64,000 nucleotides of DNA from Octopus bimaculoides (GCF_001194135.2 NC_068990.1:72977414-73041413); one strand, 5' to 3'; shown: positions 26,097 through 40,337, counted from the first letter of the stretch. Notes: generated from the sequence alone by a model not told the origin. Program-made: numbers and translations.

Positions 26097-27129
26097 TAGA
26101 ATAGCGTTATTTGAATAGGCCCAAAACATTGTCCACAAAATACATTTTGGTTTCTGATCCACTGACTTCTTTCTCACCACATCCAGCCAGTCTTGAATTG
26201 AGGATGGAATATATTTGAAGGACTCAACTATGGGTAAACTGGTGGTTAAAATAAAAGCTACAGCCCAACCACACAAGATTTGGAACTGAATAGAGATGAA
26301 CAAAATTAATCAATCTTATTCATTTTACCCCAACGCTCTACTGCCTCATACATCTTTGATTTTTAACATATTAAATATATTGATTTGTTATATAGACAGA
26401 AAGCCTAAGAATGTAGAGGAAAAGAAAACTAAATACGAAGGTTTATACTTTTCCAACATGCTTAAATAAATAATACGAATTAATAAAAACAAATTGAAAC
26501 CAAGTCAAGGATGTGGTTTGTGTGGATCTTACTTTTATGATGCTTGCCACAATATATTAAGATATATTAAAAACTGAATTTGACAACCTAATAAAAACTA
26601 AGAAATTTGTGACAAATTTTATGAGAAATTTGACATGAATAAAATTATTTGGTTTTAATAAATTGGCTAAGCTTTCATTTCCAATAATTTTATATGAACC
26701 TAAAAACATACAGTCATTAACCATGCTGACATAATTTTTAATATAAAATCAAACACTTTAACACAAGAACAACCCCAAATTCTTTAGCTAGTGTTACCTA
26801 CTTTAATTTTGATGGCAACTCTATAACTAGCAAAATATTACACAGGAGATAAATTGTGTCATCATATCTAAGTTGAAATGTAAGGTGAATAAAAACCATT
26901 TTAGCAATCTTAAAATGGTATGTAACAGGAACTGCTATGAGGCAATACTTGATGTCTTTCCTTCTTAATAGAAAGATAATTAAGAGTAAATTGTAACATG
27001 AAAGGATGTGCCCAGTTAATATTTATATCTGAATATGTTCTGTGAATTAAACATTGTTCAAGTTCCATAAACTTATTAGATATTAAGGACATTATATTTA
27101 CCTGAAGAGACCAATTTAATATCAATTTC

Positions 27130-27315
27130 AAATTTTGGAAGAAGTACTAAGTCAATTACATTGAGCCCAGTGTTCAACTGGTACTTATTTTATGAACTCC
27201 AAAAGAGATGTAAGGTGAAGTCAATCCTGACAGAATTTGAACTTAAAACATTCAGACGAAATGCAGCTAAGCATTTTGCCCAGTGTGTGAACAATTTTGC
27301 CAGCTCACCACCTTA
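27130..27315 (-). mobile_element. Family-A SINE
   Basis: caactggtacttattttatg...gaatttgaactt...ctaagcattttgcccag...ccagctcaccacc. Confidence 0.8.
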
Positions 27316-28474
27316 GACCAATCTAATATTAAAACATTAAATATGCACCTATATATTGTTGCTGAATATAATAAGTTGATACTGACATCATTGTATAACA
27401 AGCACTAACTTTGATATTATGTTTTCTTTTCATTGTAGTGAGATTTTAAGGAAATTAATACAATATAAGACATGAGAAACAGAAAAGCATCTATGTAGTT
27501 AATGCTACAACAGTGTTACAAGTTGAGAAAGGATGCAATAGAACAATGAGTCAGGGATTAAAGGTTTCATGTTGAAAAAGTTTACTCATTAAGCAAATGG
27601 CTTTCATTGGAATGTGGCCATGATACTAGTAATTAAAAGAAAGAAGCTTCTCAGTCACATGAACAGTAGACCATACAGAAGTATCATTTTAACTATCAAC
27701 AACTCTGTCTATTTAAAAAAATCATAAAGAATCAGAGATCTCAATAAGTCAGTGATAGCAAATCCTGACAAGAGTATTTCTTAAAACTTTGGTTTCTACA
27801 AGCCAACACTGAGTTGCTAAAAAAAAGGGGGAGAGAATGAAATTTTTGGGGGAAAATAATTGAGAAAATAATTAATTATTTTCAGTATCAAATGCAAGAG
27901 TAACAGTGGTGAGCTAGCAGAAAAAATATCCCTTTTGGGGAAATGAGATATACAGTTGATTCTGAGTGTATGCTACAAGAAAGTTTAAGCAAGTATTCTT
28001 ACAGGATAGCAGTAAAAGTTGCATCAAGAACTAAGGAGGATAGCATAGCCTAAAGAGGAAAATATTTGTTAAAAGGGTGGGTCAGGTCTAGGAAGAAGGG
28101 TACAATATTAAGGTAATAAAAAGTCATTATTTCATTTCCTTAACATAAAAAGCTCATAAGTTCAGCATTTTTCCTTTCTTTTCTTTTTTTTTTTTTTTTG
28201 AGATAATGCACTTTTGTGATTAATATACCCTGCCCAAAAATATTTAGCCAACTAATTTTTGTTACAATAACATTCAATAAAAACAACTGATTTCCATGCT
28301 GACCATTTGCCAACTTTATATATATAATAAGCTTGGAATAAGTGATCTGTCTTTGCTAGTGGAGAATTGTACTTTACAAACTCAAACCTCATAACTTTTT
28401 AATTTTTAACACATGTTTAAATTTCACTCTTTTTCTAACATTATACAAATCACAAAAAAAGAAAATGTATTCAA

Positions 28475-28665
28475 GGAAGCCTCTATGCTCGATCTGTTAG
28501 AACTAGCAACTAAATCTTCCCTTAAATCACACCTAACTTCTTAAATAAAAAAGAAAATAGTGGACAATATAGTCCCTAACACATACAATGATATGGTTTG
28601 GTCATAGCTGAAAGACCCTTGGTCATAGATGTATTTCATGAGCTGGGTTAAGATTAAAAAACAAC
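28475..28665 (+). mobile_element. Family-D repeat (ctagaaatagcagccaaat module, (AAC)n tail)
   Basis: Homologous to 59700-59935 and to partial copies at about 55450-55560 and 63130-63170. Confidence 0.6.
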
Positions 28666-28743
28666 TATTTCTTGTGTAACAATAGCAACAAACAATTTTT
28701 TTTTAAGGTAATGAAATGGGAGAAGCTAAGTTATTTACCTGTT

Positions 28744-29205
28744 AATATTAAATTTTACCTTTAAGGTGGTGAGTTGGCAGAATCGTTAGCATGCCTGGCG
28801 AAATGATTAGCAGTATTTCATCTGTCTTTACATTCTGAGTTTAAATTCCATCGTGGTTGACTATGCCTTTCATCCTTTCAGAGTCGATAAAATAAGTACC
28901 AGCCAAGCATTGGTGTCAGCGTAATCAATTTGGTCCCTCCATCAACACTGCTGGCTTTGTGCCAGAATTTGAAACCAATATTAAATTTTATCTTTAAGGC
29001 AGTGAGCAAAAATCGTTAGCATACCAGGTAAAACACTAAGCAGCATTTTGCTCATCTCTACATTCTGAGTTCAACCACCACCAAGACCGACTTTGCCTTT
29101 CGTCCTTTCGGAGTTGATAAAATAAGTACCAGTTGAGTACTAGGGTTGATGTAATTGACTAATCCTCTCCTCTGAAATTGAAGCCAACATTAAACTTTAC
29201 CTTCA
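28744..29205 (+). mobile_element. Two tandem family-A SINEs separated and flanked by three copies of a ~21-bp repeat
   Basis: aatattaaattttacctttaag (28744-28765), aatattaaattttatctttaag (28977-28998) and aacattaaactttaccttca (29186-29205). Confidence 0.85.
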
Positions 29206-31109
29206 TCTGCAATTCTTCACTAATACAAGCTGGTTATCTTTTCTGTTAGAAAATCTATCTAAAAGAATGTATTGTCTAAAGAAGCACTTCTATATTCAAT
29301 GACCTTGTTTTAGTAGGTGTTTGAAATCTGTAAAAGAAGTATAGAATCAAGAACTCTGGTGTTAAAAATAACCAAAAGCAAGTGTCAGCTACTGATGGAC
29401 ATCTCTACAACACATGAAGTAGATATGAAATCAATACCAGTTTCACAAAGCAAATAATAGATGCATCATTGATAAGCAGATAGTTGAATACACCAACTAC
29501 ATTATGAACAATGGCATAAATGCTTCAGTTGGGAAAATAAAAGGAAAATTAGTTGATCTAATTAATGGCATTAGGCAAGCTAATGCATTTTAGTTAAGAA
29601 ACTTGGTATATGGAAGAAGTTTAGGCACCAATCGTTTGTAGATGAAAATGGGACACTACTGACCAGCAAAGTAGAAAAAAATGAAAGCAGAAGAGTTTTT
29701 GCAGTTGTTAGTTGCTTGAAGTGGAGGAATCTGTAAACTTGTTATACCCTCCAAGACTTAGAAATAAAGTTAATTGGACAAGGTTGATGAAACAAATTGT
29801 AAATTTGTCACTGGAGAAAAACAACATTAAGGAGAAAAGAAATTTACATGAAGCAGCTCTGAGGAAGAAAAATCAGGTAGAGAGTTTTGTATTGGGTTTT
29901 GGAGTGATGAGAGATAATGGGCTTGTTGTGGGTACAATAATAAATAGTATGTAAGCAGTATTGATAAGTGGGAGGTGATAAGCAGTCAGGAAAATCAAGG
30001 GTCAAATGGTATTCAATGAACATCTTAAGGATATTTTCAGTCAAGCTTAATAAACAGAGTTGGGCTACAACTATTAAAAATATTGGTCAATGCTTTACAA
30101 AAGAAAAGTGTGAGATTTAAAATATATGCCAGATGGAAAGAAAGGGAGTTAATTAGTAGAAGGCCAAATTATAATCAAAACTAATGAGCTAGATTAGCCT
30201 TTAAACAGATAAAGTAATGCAGACCATGCAGTCATGAAGATAGGTTCTTTTGCTGACATGTTTGATACATGTCAGCCTGAAAATATAACAGAAAATAAAG
30301 AATTTATATTCCCTTTTTGTATACAGATGAGTCTTTCAAAACAAATTCCATCAATTGTGTGAGACTGCTCTTCACAAGTTCGCTACGTTCTCTATTTACT
30401 GAAATATGGAATATGTCAGTAGAGCTATGAAATATAGAATACTCAGATTACAATGTAGCAAGATAACTGAGTATCTGGATTTGATATTTTGACCTGGCAA
30501 CTAATTAGTTCAGTACCTTAGTCTCTCAGCTACCACACCCAATCAATAGAAACACTAAACTATAGAACAAAAAAAAAAATCAACATTTAGTGTGAAGTGG
30601 TATTATTTTAGACATGTTTAGATAGAGATCGGAATCAAAATAAGAACCCCACTGATTAGAAATTTCATTTTTATAATCAATTGTAGCTTTAGTAACTGAT
30701 CCATTATCACAATTTGCATGCTCTATCTATTTTATGCTTCATTTAACTTCTTCCCACTGATAAGCTATCCATTAAACATACATCCATGAATCATCATTCT
30801 CTGAACACTGCCAAGCACTTTCACAACTGAGGCACAACTCAGTTTTAAACTCAAATATTTTCTTCTTAATATGCTTTTAGTGAACTCAAGATTAGAATCA
30901 AGAAATTGAACTTAGTTCTTATTCTCCCATCTTACAGGTCTAATGGCCCCATTGTTAGGAGTGTATATTAATGGTGCACAAAAGTAAAGAATCAACCCCG
31001 AAGAGAATAAATCTAAAATTCAGAAGCAGTCAGATTTCTTCATGATTATTAGTTTATCTGATTTCTTCAAACACCTAGACACTACAGCAACAGTTAACCA
31101 ACAAACCAT

Positions 31110-31671
31110 TTAACCCTTTTTGTTACCATATTTCTGTAGAAATACACTGCTTAGGTGTGTCTGTATGACAAGAAGCTTGCTTCTCAACCACATGGTTCTG
31201 GATTCAATCTCACTTCGTGGCACCTTGAGCAAGTGTCTTCTACTATAGCCTTAAGCCAATCAAAGGCTTGTTAGTAGAAACTGGAAGAAGTTCATCATGT
31301 GTGTGTGTGTGTGTTTAAGCAGGTGTGTTTTGTGTCTGTGTTTGTCGTCCACCACTGCGTAACAACCAGTGTTGAAGCTTTTATATCCCCATAACTTAGC
31401 AGCTTGGCAAAAGAGACTGATAGAATAAGTGCCAGGCTTAAAAGTGAAAAATAAATACTGGGGGCTGATTAATTTGTCAAAAAAATTATTCAAGGCGGTG
31501 CCCCAGCATGGCTGTAGTCTACTGACTGAAAATGAATTAATCTGGAGTTCGGAATACAAATTAATGCACGAATTTGAAATTTGCAGGTTTTAATCAAGAT
31601 TACTTTAAAACAGAATGTTTGTATCACAGAATGAGGAAGAATCTCAGGCAGGTTGGCATCAAAATGATTAA
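31110..31671. mobile_element. TTAA-flanked piggyBac-like MITE (second family) split by a family-B SINE (about 31150-31530, +)
   Basis: Left end ttaaccctttttgttacca versus reverse complement of right end ttaatcattttgatgcca. The SINE head and 3' module lie between them. Confidence 0.6.
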
Positions 31672-32359
31672 TAAATGTAAATAAATTTGATATAGAACAA
31701 CTTAGGTAAATAACCTAATGAAAAAAAATCTTGCTAATATGTCAGGTGCATCTGCTCTAAATTCACTATAATTTTCCATGTAGAAGACTATTTGAAAACT
31801 GCCATGAGAGTCAATATTGGAGATGACACTAATATGTTTTATGATTAATGTCTTGTAGATACTTAACTCTTTTGAAAAATATACTTATTTCAAAAGCATT
31901 TTCACATTATGTTCTCCCTGCAGGTAAACAAACTTTGATTAAAACAAACCTAAGTAAATGTACAAGAATATTTGAGCCTCGCTCATTTTCCTTTTCTTCT
32001 TCTTCTTTTTTTTTTTTTTTTTTTTTTTTGGTTTCTAAGCTCTTACACAAGAAAGCTTTCTTTAATCATCATCAGCATTACATTAAATTAACAAAACAAG
32101 ATAATCCTGAGAGTAATTTTAAATTCAGATCACAAAGGGGTTTTGTAATCTAGAATTGGCACTAAAATGAATCAAGTATTGATATTCTATTCATCATTCT
32201 AGTTTCATATTTTCCACTGATTCTATTCTTTTGAATTACCATCTATTTATAAAACTCTGTTATAGCCTTCAACATATTAAGTTTATCTAAAACTTTTATA
32301 TACATATATATATATATATATACACACACGCACACACATATATATATACACATGTGTGT

Positions 32360-32659
32360 GTGTGTGTGTGTGTGAGTGTCATCACTTTTATGTCCATTTT
32401 TCTATGCTAACATGGGTTATGCAAAACTTGTTGAAGCAGATTTTCTGCAGCCAGACATTTTTTTCTGTTACCAACTCATAACTGTTTTTCATGTGAGGTA
32501 TTTTCATTCCTTCATTCCACCAATCCTCACATGCAGAAAACAAATCAAGCTACTATAACTACAAGAGAAAATGAATAGCACCACCTTTGCTCAAGTTGTG
32601 TTAATGAACTCATGCAGAAATGACAACCCCACATGCATGTGCTAACACATAAATTTACG

Positions 32660-32720
<61 letters not shown>

Positions 32721-33300
32721 GCATACCATGTGCAAGTGTCTTCTGCATGTGGCCTTGGAGACCAAACCCTAAACCACATGATTATAAACTTTGTAATTGC
32801 AAAGCCATGCATACATGTTATATATCGAACAAGGATTGAAGCTGAAATTAAGGAATAAGTATAAGTGTATGTCTATACATATGTATATATCATCAAATCA
32901 ATGTCCATTTTATGTCCACTTTCTATGCTGGCATGGGTTGGATGAGTCATTGCTGCTCCTTTAATTTGGATCGCATCACATTCTTAAGTTTCATGTTTGA
33001 CACACAAACACACAAATATCATCATCATCATTTAACATCACACAAACATCATCATCATCATTTAACATCTGTTTTCCATGCCAGCATGGGTTGGATGGCT
33101 TGACAGGTCAAGGGCTGCACCAAGTTCCATAGTCTGTTTTGGCTTGGTTTCCACAACTGGATACCCTTCCTAATGCAAATCACTCCACAGAGTGTACTGA
33201 GTGCTTTTTATGTGGCACCATCACAAATGTTTTTTTTCAGTGGCACCAGTATCAGAGCTTTTTACATGGCACCTTGGTTTTAGGATTTCAATTCTGTTGT
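32360..33300 (-). mobile_element. Cluster of family-B/C SINE fragments
   Basis: C tails at about 32370-32600 and 32895-33300 (catcatcatttaacatctgttttccatgccagcatgggttgg), and a B head fragment at about 32720-32810. Confidence 0.7.
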
Positions 33301-34934
33301 AGTGGGCGGGTACACATACTTATTTATGTTAGCATTGTCCCTCTAACATATAACAGACTATGAGCTTATACACAATAAATAAATAATTTTTATCTATTGA
33401 TATGTTATTAAAATAGAATACAGGTTTTGATAAACTGTTGACAATAATTATTATTTTTATTCATATATTTTTAACTACAGCTCCAGAATGGAAGTGTTGC
33501 TCTTAACCAATAGAGGTATTATACATGTAAAGAAGGTCTGGTGGAGTTTATTATTCAATAATTGCTTTCAAAATATTGAACATGATTTTCAGACATAACA
33601 GAGGGCTGCAGAACAATGATGCAGTTGAAGAACTCTTCCACATTTTTGGCACAGAAAGACATAGTGAATGGCAAGTAGGCAGGTACAGTAAGTAGTTTTA
33701 AGAAGGGTTGGGACAGAGCCAGCAAGTCTAGAAGAGTAGAGGCTAATGGCTATTTTATGACAGTAGATGCAAATCTTAAAAATATTTAATCATAGTGAAC
33801 TGTAAGAATTTAAGCTGAGATTTCATATGATGACATTTTCAAGAAAATGCATTATAATTTCATACCTGTATTCCATTAATATTATAACTGTCAAGTTTGG
33901 ACATTGACCTAATAAAAGCAATGACTTAAAACTTAAATGAATGTTTTTTATTTTATTTTATTTCATTTCATTTTATTTCATTTATTTATTCATTTATTTT
34001 TCCATTTCTCAAGTGACCAACTTGTATTTCTTTAAATTGTCAAATAACATTTCCAAACATCAGAAACTTGTTCAGTTTTCTAGATTACTTGCTGAAAAAG
34101 AACATGAGGGAAATACTTAAGATGTCGATTTTATTTACATCACTTTTATACACTAATTTCCATGGAGCTTACTAAATACAAAATTTTAAAAAATTACACT
34201 CTAATACCCATTTTCTATGCCTTCTAAACTAAATCAAATATGTAACCACCTAATGAAGTTGAAGTATTTTTGAATTTTTTTTTTTTTTTTTTTTCTAAAT
34301 ATAAACTCCTAAATTCTAACACTTAACAGAGATATTTTTAGATCAAAAAATGTAAATGCAAAATCTGCATTCTGGATTGCAATGTGCAGTCAGAAGAAAA
34401 AAAACCGCATAACTGTGTCTCTGCATGAATAAACCTACCTAGCAAGAATAAAGATATAAAATCAAGGTTCGCAGGTTCACATTAACAAGTGCATCCAGTT
34501 ATAAAACAGATGTTGAAGTGATTAATACATATGCTAACTTTCTGCAGAAGCATGTTTCACATCAATACAAAAAAACCACCAAGAGAAAAATGGAGAGAGA
34601 AAGAAGTGGGGTGGGCAACAAAACATAACAAGAAAAGGGTTGGAAAGTTGGAAATTCAGAAAATAATTCCAGTTAAATGGACATTAACTAGAATAAAACA
34701 CCCCACCAAAAAAAAAAAAAGAAAAAAAAAGAGAAAATATTCAAAACTAGTACTATGATACATTAAAAGAACGCTTATCATCTTTTATGCTTTCTTCCAC
34801 AGATATATGACGTTATTTTACATCATTAAATATGTGTATGATGCCAAATGGCTTAGCCTTTAATCTTTAGTATTTCTTTTTTTTTTTTTTTTTTTGTAGG
34901 GTGCTTGTAGAGTATGGTATAAGTATAACATGCA

Positions 34935-35280
34935 TGGCAAGGCATGGAATGGAATGGAATGCTTAGGTAGTTTCATTTAGTACAACTTTTAATCTTTTCT
35001 TGCGGAGAGCTAAGATTCTTGAATATAAAGACAGAGTTAGTTTACATGGTGCAGCACCCATTTTGCCAGTTTATCATGAGAGTGTGGAAGTACAGGAGTA
35101 TAAAACAAAGGCTGAGAGTAAAGAAGATATATATCTTAGTAGAGTATTATCAGGAAAGCTATAAATACTAGGGGTTAAGTTTTAGATGTATTAGCTCCTA
35201 CAAGATGTAATTAGCTAATGACTATTAAGTGGTAATTAGGATGTCATTGTTTTAGTAATGATTGACTGAGATATAGGTTA
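34935..35280 (-). mobile_element. Possible decayed LINE 3' end with (ATTCC)n tail
   Basis: (GGAAT)3 at about 34945-34960, adjacent to a purine-rich segment with a weak RT-C-terminal-like translation (...GAAPCKLTLSLYSRILALRKKRL). Confidence 0.3.
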
Positions 35281-35341
35281 GTTATAAGGAAAGTGTTTTT
35301 TTTTAAACAAAAATTCCTTCTAAAATTCAGTAAATACAATC

Positions 35342-35508
35342 AGGTGCAGCAATGGCTGTGTGCTAAGAAGTGTGCTTCCCAAACACATAGTTTTAAGTTC
35401 AGTCCCACTAAGTGGTACCTTGGGTAAGTGTGTTTGTTATACTATACCCCCGGTCTGACCAAAGCTTGTTGAGTAAATTTGATGGTAGACAGAAACTGAA
35501 AGAAACCC

Positions 35509-35553
<45 letters not shown>

Positions 35554-35790
35554 CTTGCTTTGACATTGCACGATGCTTGCAAATGAATGTCACCATTATT
35601 CAATCAGTGTTCTTTTCTTTCCTATCTTCCACAAAAATATGTCAGGTCATTACTTTACTTGGAATCAGTTTAACAACAGGGAGGGCATCTAGCCACAGAA
35701 AAATCCAATCCGCCTCAGCAAATTGTCTGACCCATCCATGCATGGAAAAGTGGATGCTAAAACAACAATGACGACGACGATGATGATGAG
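35342..35790 (+). mobile_element. Composite SINE: family-B head, (GT)n, family-C tail
   Basis: ggtgcagcaatggctgtgtgctaagaag...aagttcagtcccac head, and tail gggcatctagccacagaaaaatcc...gcatggaaaagtggatgctaaa-(tga)n. Confidence 0.8.
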
Positions 35791-36630
35791 GAGGAGGATA
35801 TCAGTAAAGTAGCAAGACTGGATGCAGTAATAACAGTTAGATAACAATAAAAGAAGGAGAGCTTTATTTTGCAAGTCTCACAATGATGATGTGCAAAGAT
35901 ATGTTTTACATTTCTTTTTTAATGGTTTGATCAGGAGGAAAAGGAATTGTTCCCATGTCAATTCCAGACCCATCAAAACTGGGGAGATCAAAGATAAAAA
36001 TTATTCCAATAACCAATATTTATCAGTGTGGAGAAGTTATAATCAAATATTGCAGTCCATTCATTCATAAGACAGTTCCAACAAAACAGAGAGCAATACA
36101 GTGAGAAAATACTGATGAAAACACTTTTTTTTTAAATGAAAAGAACAAAAACAAAAACAGATTTAATGGCAAGATTTGTATGTGATTGATAAGAATATTT
36201 AACTGGATAAAGAGAAGTGCGTCATGTTTTCAAATGAGGAGAGAAGTGTATAAAAGAATGAAGCTGTGTTGAATATCTTATTGGCTATAGGTCTATAATA
36301 ATTTCTATCATAGGCATAAAGACAGAAATTTGAGGAGAACAGATAATGATATTGAACTCCAGTGCTTGACTACTGTTCTATTTCAATGACCCTAGAAGGA
36401 TGCAAAGACAAATTATCCTCAATTATTCTTAGTGGGATTTGATCACCGTACTGCTTGCTGATTTGTCAGAACTATCTTATGAATGAATGTGTAACAATAT
36501 TTACATAAACTTAAAAGTATGCATACTTTTCCATTCTACCACATCTGATGATTGCTAAATTTACCTCTCCCTTTTTTGGCATGAAACCATTTGGTAGCAA
36601 CTATAATTAGCTGTCATGAAACTATAACCT

Positions 36631-38814
36631 TCTTATATAAAATAGATGTGTGTGTGTGTGTGTGTGTATTTGCTTTCCACATGCAAACAGTTGTGCGAAT
36701 TGCTTCCCTACTTGGGATGCATGAATAATTTGACCTCAGATACATAATAGGGTCTTCAGTTTATTTCTTTTTTAAAAATAAATAATATTGCTTTATGTAT
36801 ATGATTCACTTCTTTAAAAAGGTTTCTCAATTTCAACCTCCGGTATTGACGTAGCAATGACAAAATTTTCCGTTTTCATTTGCAAAGTCTCTCACTCTCT
36901 ATTTTAATGTTTTCGTTTCAAGTTTTAATTTGCTATTTGCAAACAACTACGATAAATTACTGAAAGAAATATTTACTAAGCTCACAAATTTAAATATTAA
37001 GTACAAGATAGTTTTTAACGAGCTTTTATTTATATGATTTTTTCATTTCATGTTTATTTCATTCATTGTTGGCAATGTTCTCTCTCCCTCTCTCTCTCTC
37101 TCACACACACACGTCAGTCACATACGCACATGTGTTTTTGTATGTACATTTGTATACATTTATGTATGTATGTTTGTGAGAGAGTCAGTCAAGGGGTGTG
37201 TTGTCATCTTTTTTTGTATGTGTGTGTGTGTATGAGTGTGTGTAAGACACAGAGAGAGTGATGTCTAAGTGGCACTCACTCTCACACATATACACACATA
37301 CATATATACAAAAAAGATGTATGCATATTTATGTATGTACATATACATGACAACACACCCCTTCTCTATCTCACACACACACACACACATCCATTTCATC
37401 TGATGCTTGATACTGTATGTATGTGTGTGTGTGTGTATGTGCGCACGTGTGGGGCATTCCACAATCATCATTTATTTCAATCACTCTTGTGAAGATATTC
37501 CCATTTAATATTCCCATTTCATCCCCATTTTAATTTTCAAAAAAGTTTCCGAGAACAATGTTCTCACTCTCTACAAAATGAGAAGGGGTAGATGCAGATG
37601 ATCAGTATTCTACAGTGAAGCAAAGACGAGTACAGGTAGCCAGAGTCAATGTTGAATTCTGTAACTCTGTTAACTCTATTAAGTATGTTTGTAAATATAT
37701 AAACAAAGATTTAGATGTTGCAACATACACTCATATACAGAATGGCAGTCCGCAGATGAATAAAAATGACAGGATGCACAGAATGACAGAGGAAGATATA
37801 TCAGTGCCAATGAGGCTTTTTTGGTGTTGGTGCATCTTCAATTTTCCCATTCATGAGAGGCACTCAGCCATCATTCATATGAGTGTCCATCTAGAGAATG
37901 GCCACAGGATTATCTTTACAAAACAAACAGTCTTGCAACAAGCACTTCCTTCAAAAGAAACTACCCTTACTTCCTTTTTTAAGTTGTGTCAAGTACATGA
38001 AAATGCAAGAAAACTCCTTTACCCACAATAGATGGCACAAGAGAAAATAGGCTGACGNNNNNNNNNNAGCAGTATGTGGTCCCAAATCATTTTTTGCATG
38101 CAGGATGTGGTCCCAAATCATTCCAAGAACTGAGGAGGGTAAATGGTCATGTGTGTGTGAAACTTATAGGGAAGCATGCTATCAACAAGGTTCTTTAGAA
38201 AATGATGAGCATTGGGACTTTGCATTGACTGAAGCATCAGTATCAGATTCTCCAAGGAAACTCCGTAAGCTTTTTGCAATTATACTGAACATGTGTCAAC
38301 CTGGAAGTCCCCTACAGCTTTGGATGAAACAGTGTGAGGACATGGTTGAGGACTTAAAGTATGCAGTTCAACAGGCAAACCCAGATATCAATATACAGTT
38401 CTCTGAAACAATTTTTAACCAAGCACTGATTAAAACTGAGGATTAAGTTTTGGCCATGGTAGGCAAAAATTTGCAAGTGTCTGGCTCTGGACTACCAAAA
38501 ACAAACTGTCAAATTAGTGATTTAACTTCAAGAGACATAGCAAGAGAGACAAATTATGACATCACAGATTTGGCTGCATTTGTGAATGAACATGAACCTA
38601 AACTTCTTCCAGAGCAACACTGTGCATATGATCAAATTTTTCATTTTTTTATCATCATTATTATTCTTTTTGTATTATGAATTTAGAACTGATTTCCCAA
38701 TTGAAAAATAAACTGAATTTAGAATAATAGATTACTAAACAACATATTTTTCTTTTTCCTTCCAATATATAAGGAACAATTTCATTTCTAGGCAACACCA
38801 GGTGCCTTTGCTAG
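36631..38814 (+). mobile_element. Non-autonomous Helitron (internally deleted RepHel)
   Basis: The 3' terminus is ggcaacaccaggtgcc (hairpin-like) followed by tttg-CTAG|T at 38791-38815. RepHel-like coding remnants lie at 37615-38640. The 5' end TCTTATATAAAATAGATGTGTG at 36631 is tentative. Confidence 0.75.
37615..38645 (+). pseudogene. Helitron RepHel fragment (Rep motif 3 to just before the PIF1 helicase), disrupted
   Basis: VNVEFCNSVNSIKYVCKYINK (YxxKY Rep motif), IFNFPIHERHSAIIHMSVHLENG, TTLTSFFKLC, TYREAC...GSLENDEHW, SPRKLRKLFAIIL..CQP, NYDITDLAAFVNEHEPKLLPEQ..AYDQI. Stops and frameshifts are present, and there is no Walker A GTGKT. Confidence 0.9.
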
Positions 38815-40337
38815 TATTATATAAATATAAATAAAAGCAATAGTAATAGTAAGAATAACATCAATCCTACAAGTCAATAAGGAAGTTTCTACATGATTGC
38901 TCAATCAGTTAACAATAGAAACTAAACGAATCTCAAATCACACTCTATCGTCATAAAAAAAATTTTTTTTAGAGGATAATGTATTTTACAACAAAAACAA
39001 AAAAAAAATACAAAGGATGATATAGTCATAGCAGGAACATCTGATCATACATAAGTCTACCAAATCAGAGCATACTGGGAGCTAAACAACAATAAACTTT
39101 TCCACAGAGAGTCATTTAACATTATTTTCAGCCAAAGAATTAGCAATTGTGTGATAGAAATGTTGGTGTTGATTCTAAGTTTCTAAGTATCATGCAAGAA
39201 AACAAAAACCAGATTATGCATATCGAATGAAACTGCAGTGTATCTATATCAGTTGTGAATTACTGATTTCATTTTACATGAATTTTTTACATACATTCTT
39301 TTCTGTTCTCTTTGTTGTATTTGCATGATCACAACTCAAAATATCTACAGTTTTTTTACCAAACAACTGTCTTGATGTTACATGTATCGATTTAATCAGT
39401 TTGGTCGACATCAGGTCAAATTTCAACCAAACGATGTTGCGAGTAATCTTTTCAAAGAGAAACCCACAACACTGAATATTGTAAAGTGAACAACAGAACC
39501 AGTCTTTCGCTGTTATAATATCGCATGATTGAGCAACCAATCAGTTAAAGATCTTTCACAAAAGAGACTCGGTAATGAAAACTATAACAAGGTCAAACCA
39601 CCTAGTCTCTGAGATATGATGGATGCTTTAAATCTGTAGCCAAATACTGGAACAGTGTAGATAAATTTCTCATTTAGATTACATCAGATTTCTATGTTCA
39701 ACAATCACACAATATTATCACAACAGAAATGATCATTTAAAATAAAATCTTGATTCAATTTGATACTCGATCAGAAGGTAGTAGATTTAATCCTCTTCCT
39801 GGTTAAACACTACCATATGGCTCTTGAGTACCTTTAGCAGAGTTTACCCAATTGCAAGGATTAGGACCAGCTCTCCAGTTTGAGGATATCTTCTTTCTTC
39901 TCTCACACTAGTGTCAGATGCCTTAGTATGGTCTTGGGTCATTGACCTTTCATTCAGTTTAACACCATCACCAGGCCCTTGGGTGTTCTCTGCAGAGTCC
40001 ATTCTGTTGTAAGTAATCAGGCGAGGTCTCAAATTTGAAAATAACTTCCTCCTTTCTTCCCACCAGTCTTGGACATAGTGTTATTGGTAGGCTTCAGAAG
40101 ACCACAGTTATGTATGAAACCAATGTATGCATAACATATTCATGCATATACAAACTGAACTATACTGAAGCATAACGGACCTGACATCTCAGATGAGCTG
40201 AGGTCAAATAAACACATAGAAAATTATATATTACAGATTTGACCACTGATCAGATGAAGAAAGGACAATGATATTGCTATTGCTAATTATAATTGATCCT
40301 GTGAAGATAGAAAAGAATGCATACACACACGAATGCT

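Noticed and set aside
38068-38125. Tandem duplication of atgtggtcccaaatcatt
   Set aside because: It directly abuts a 10-N gap, so it is likely an assembly overlap artefact.
39274-39540. 88-aa minus-strand ORF in a locally CpG-richer patch
   Set aside because: TTG start directly after a stop, no good splice sites and no homology recognised.
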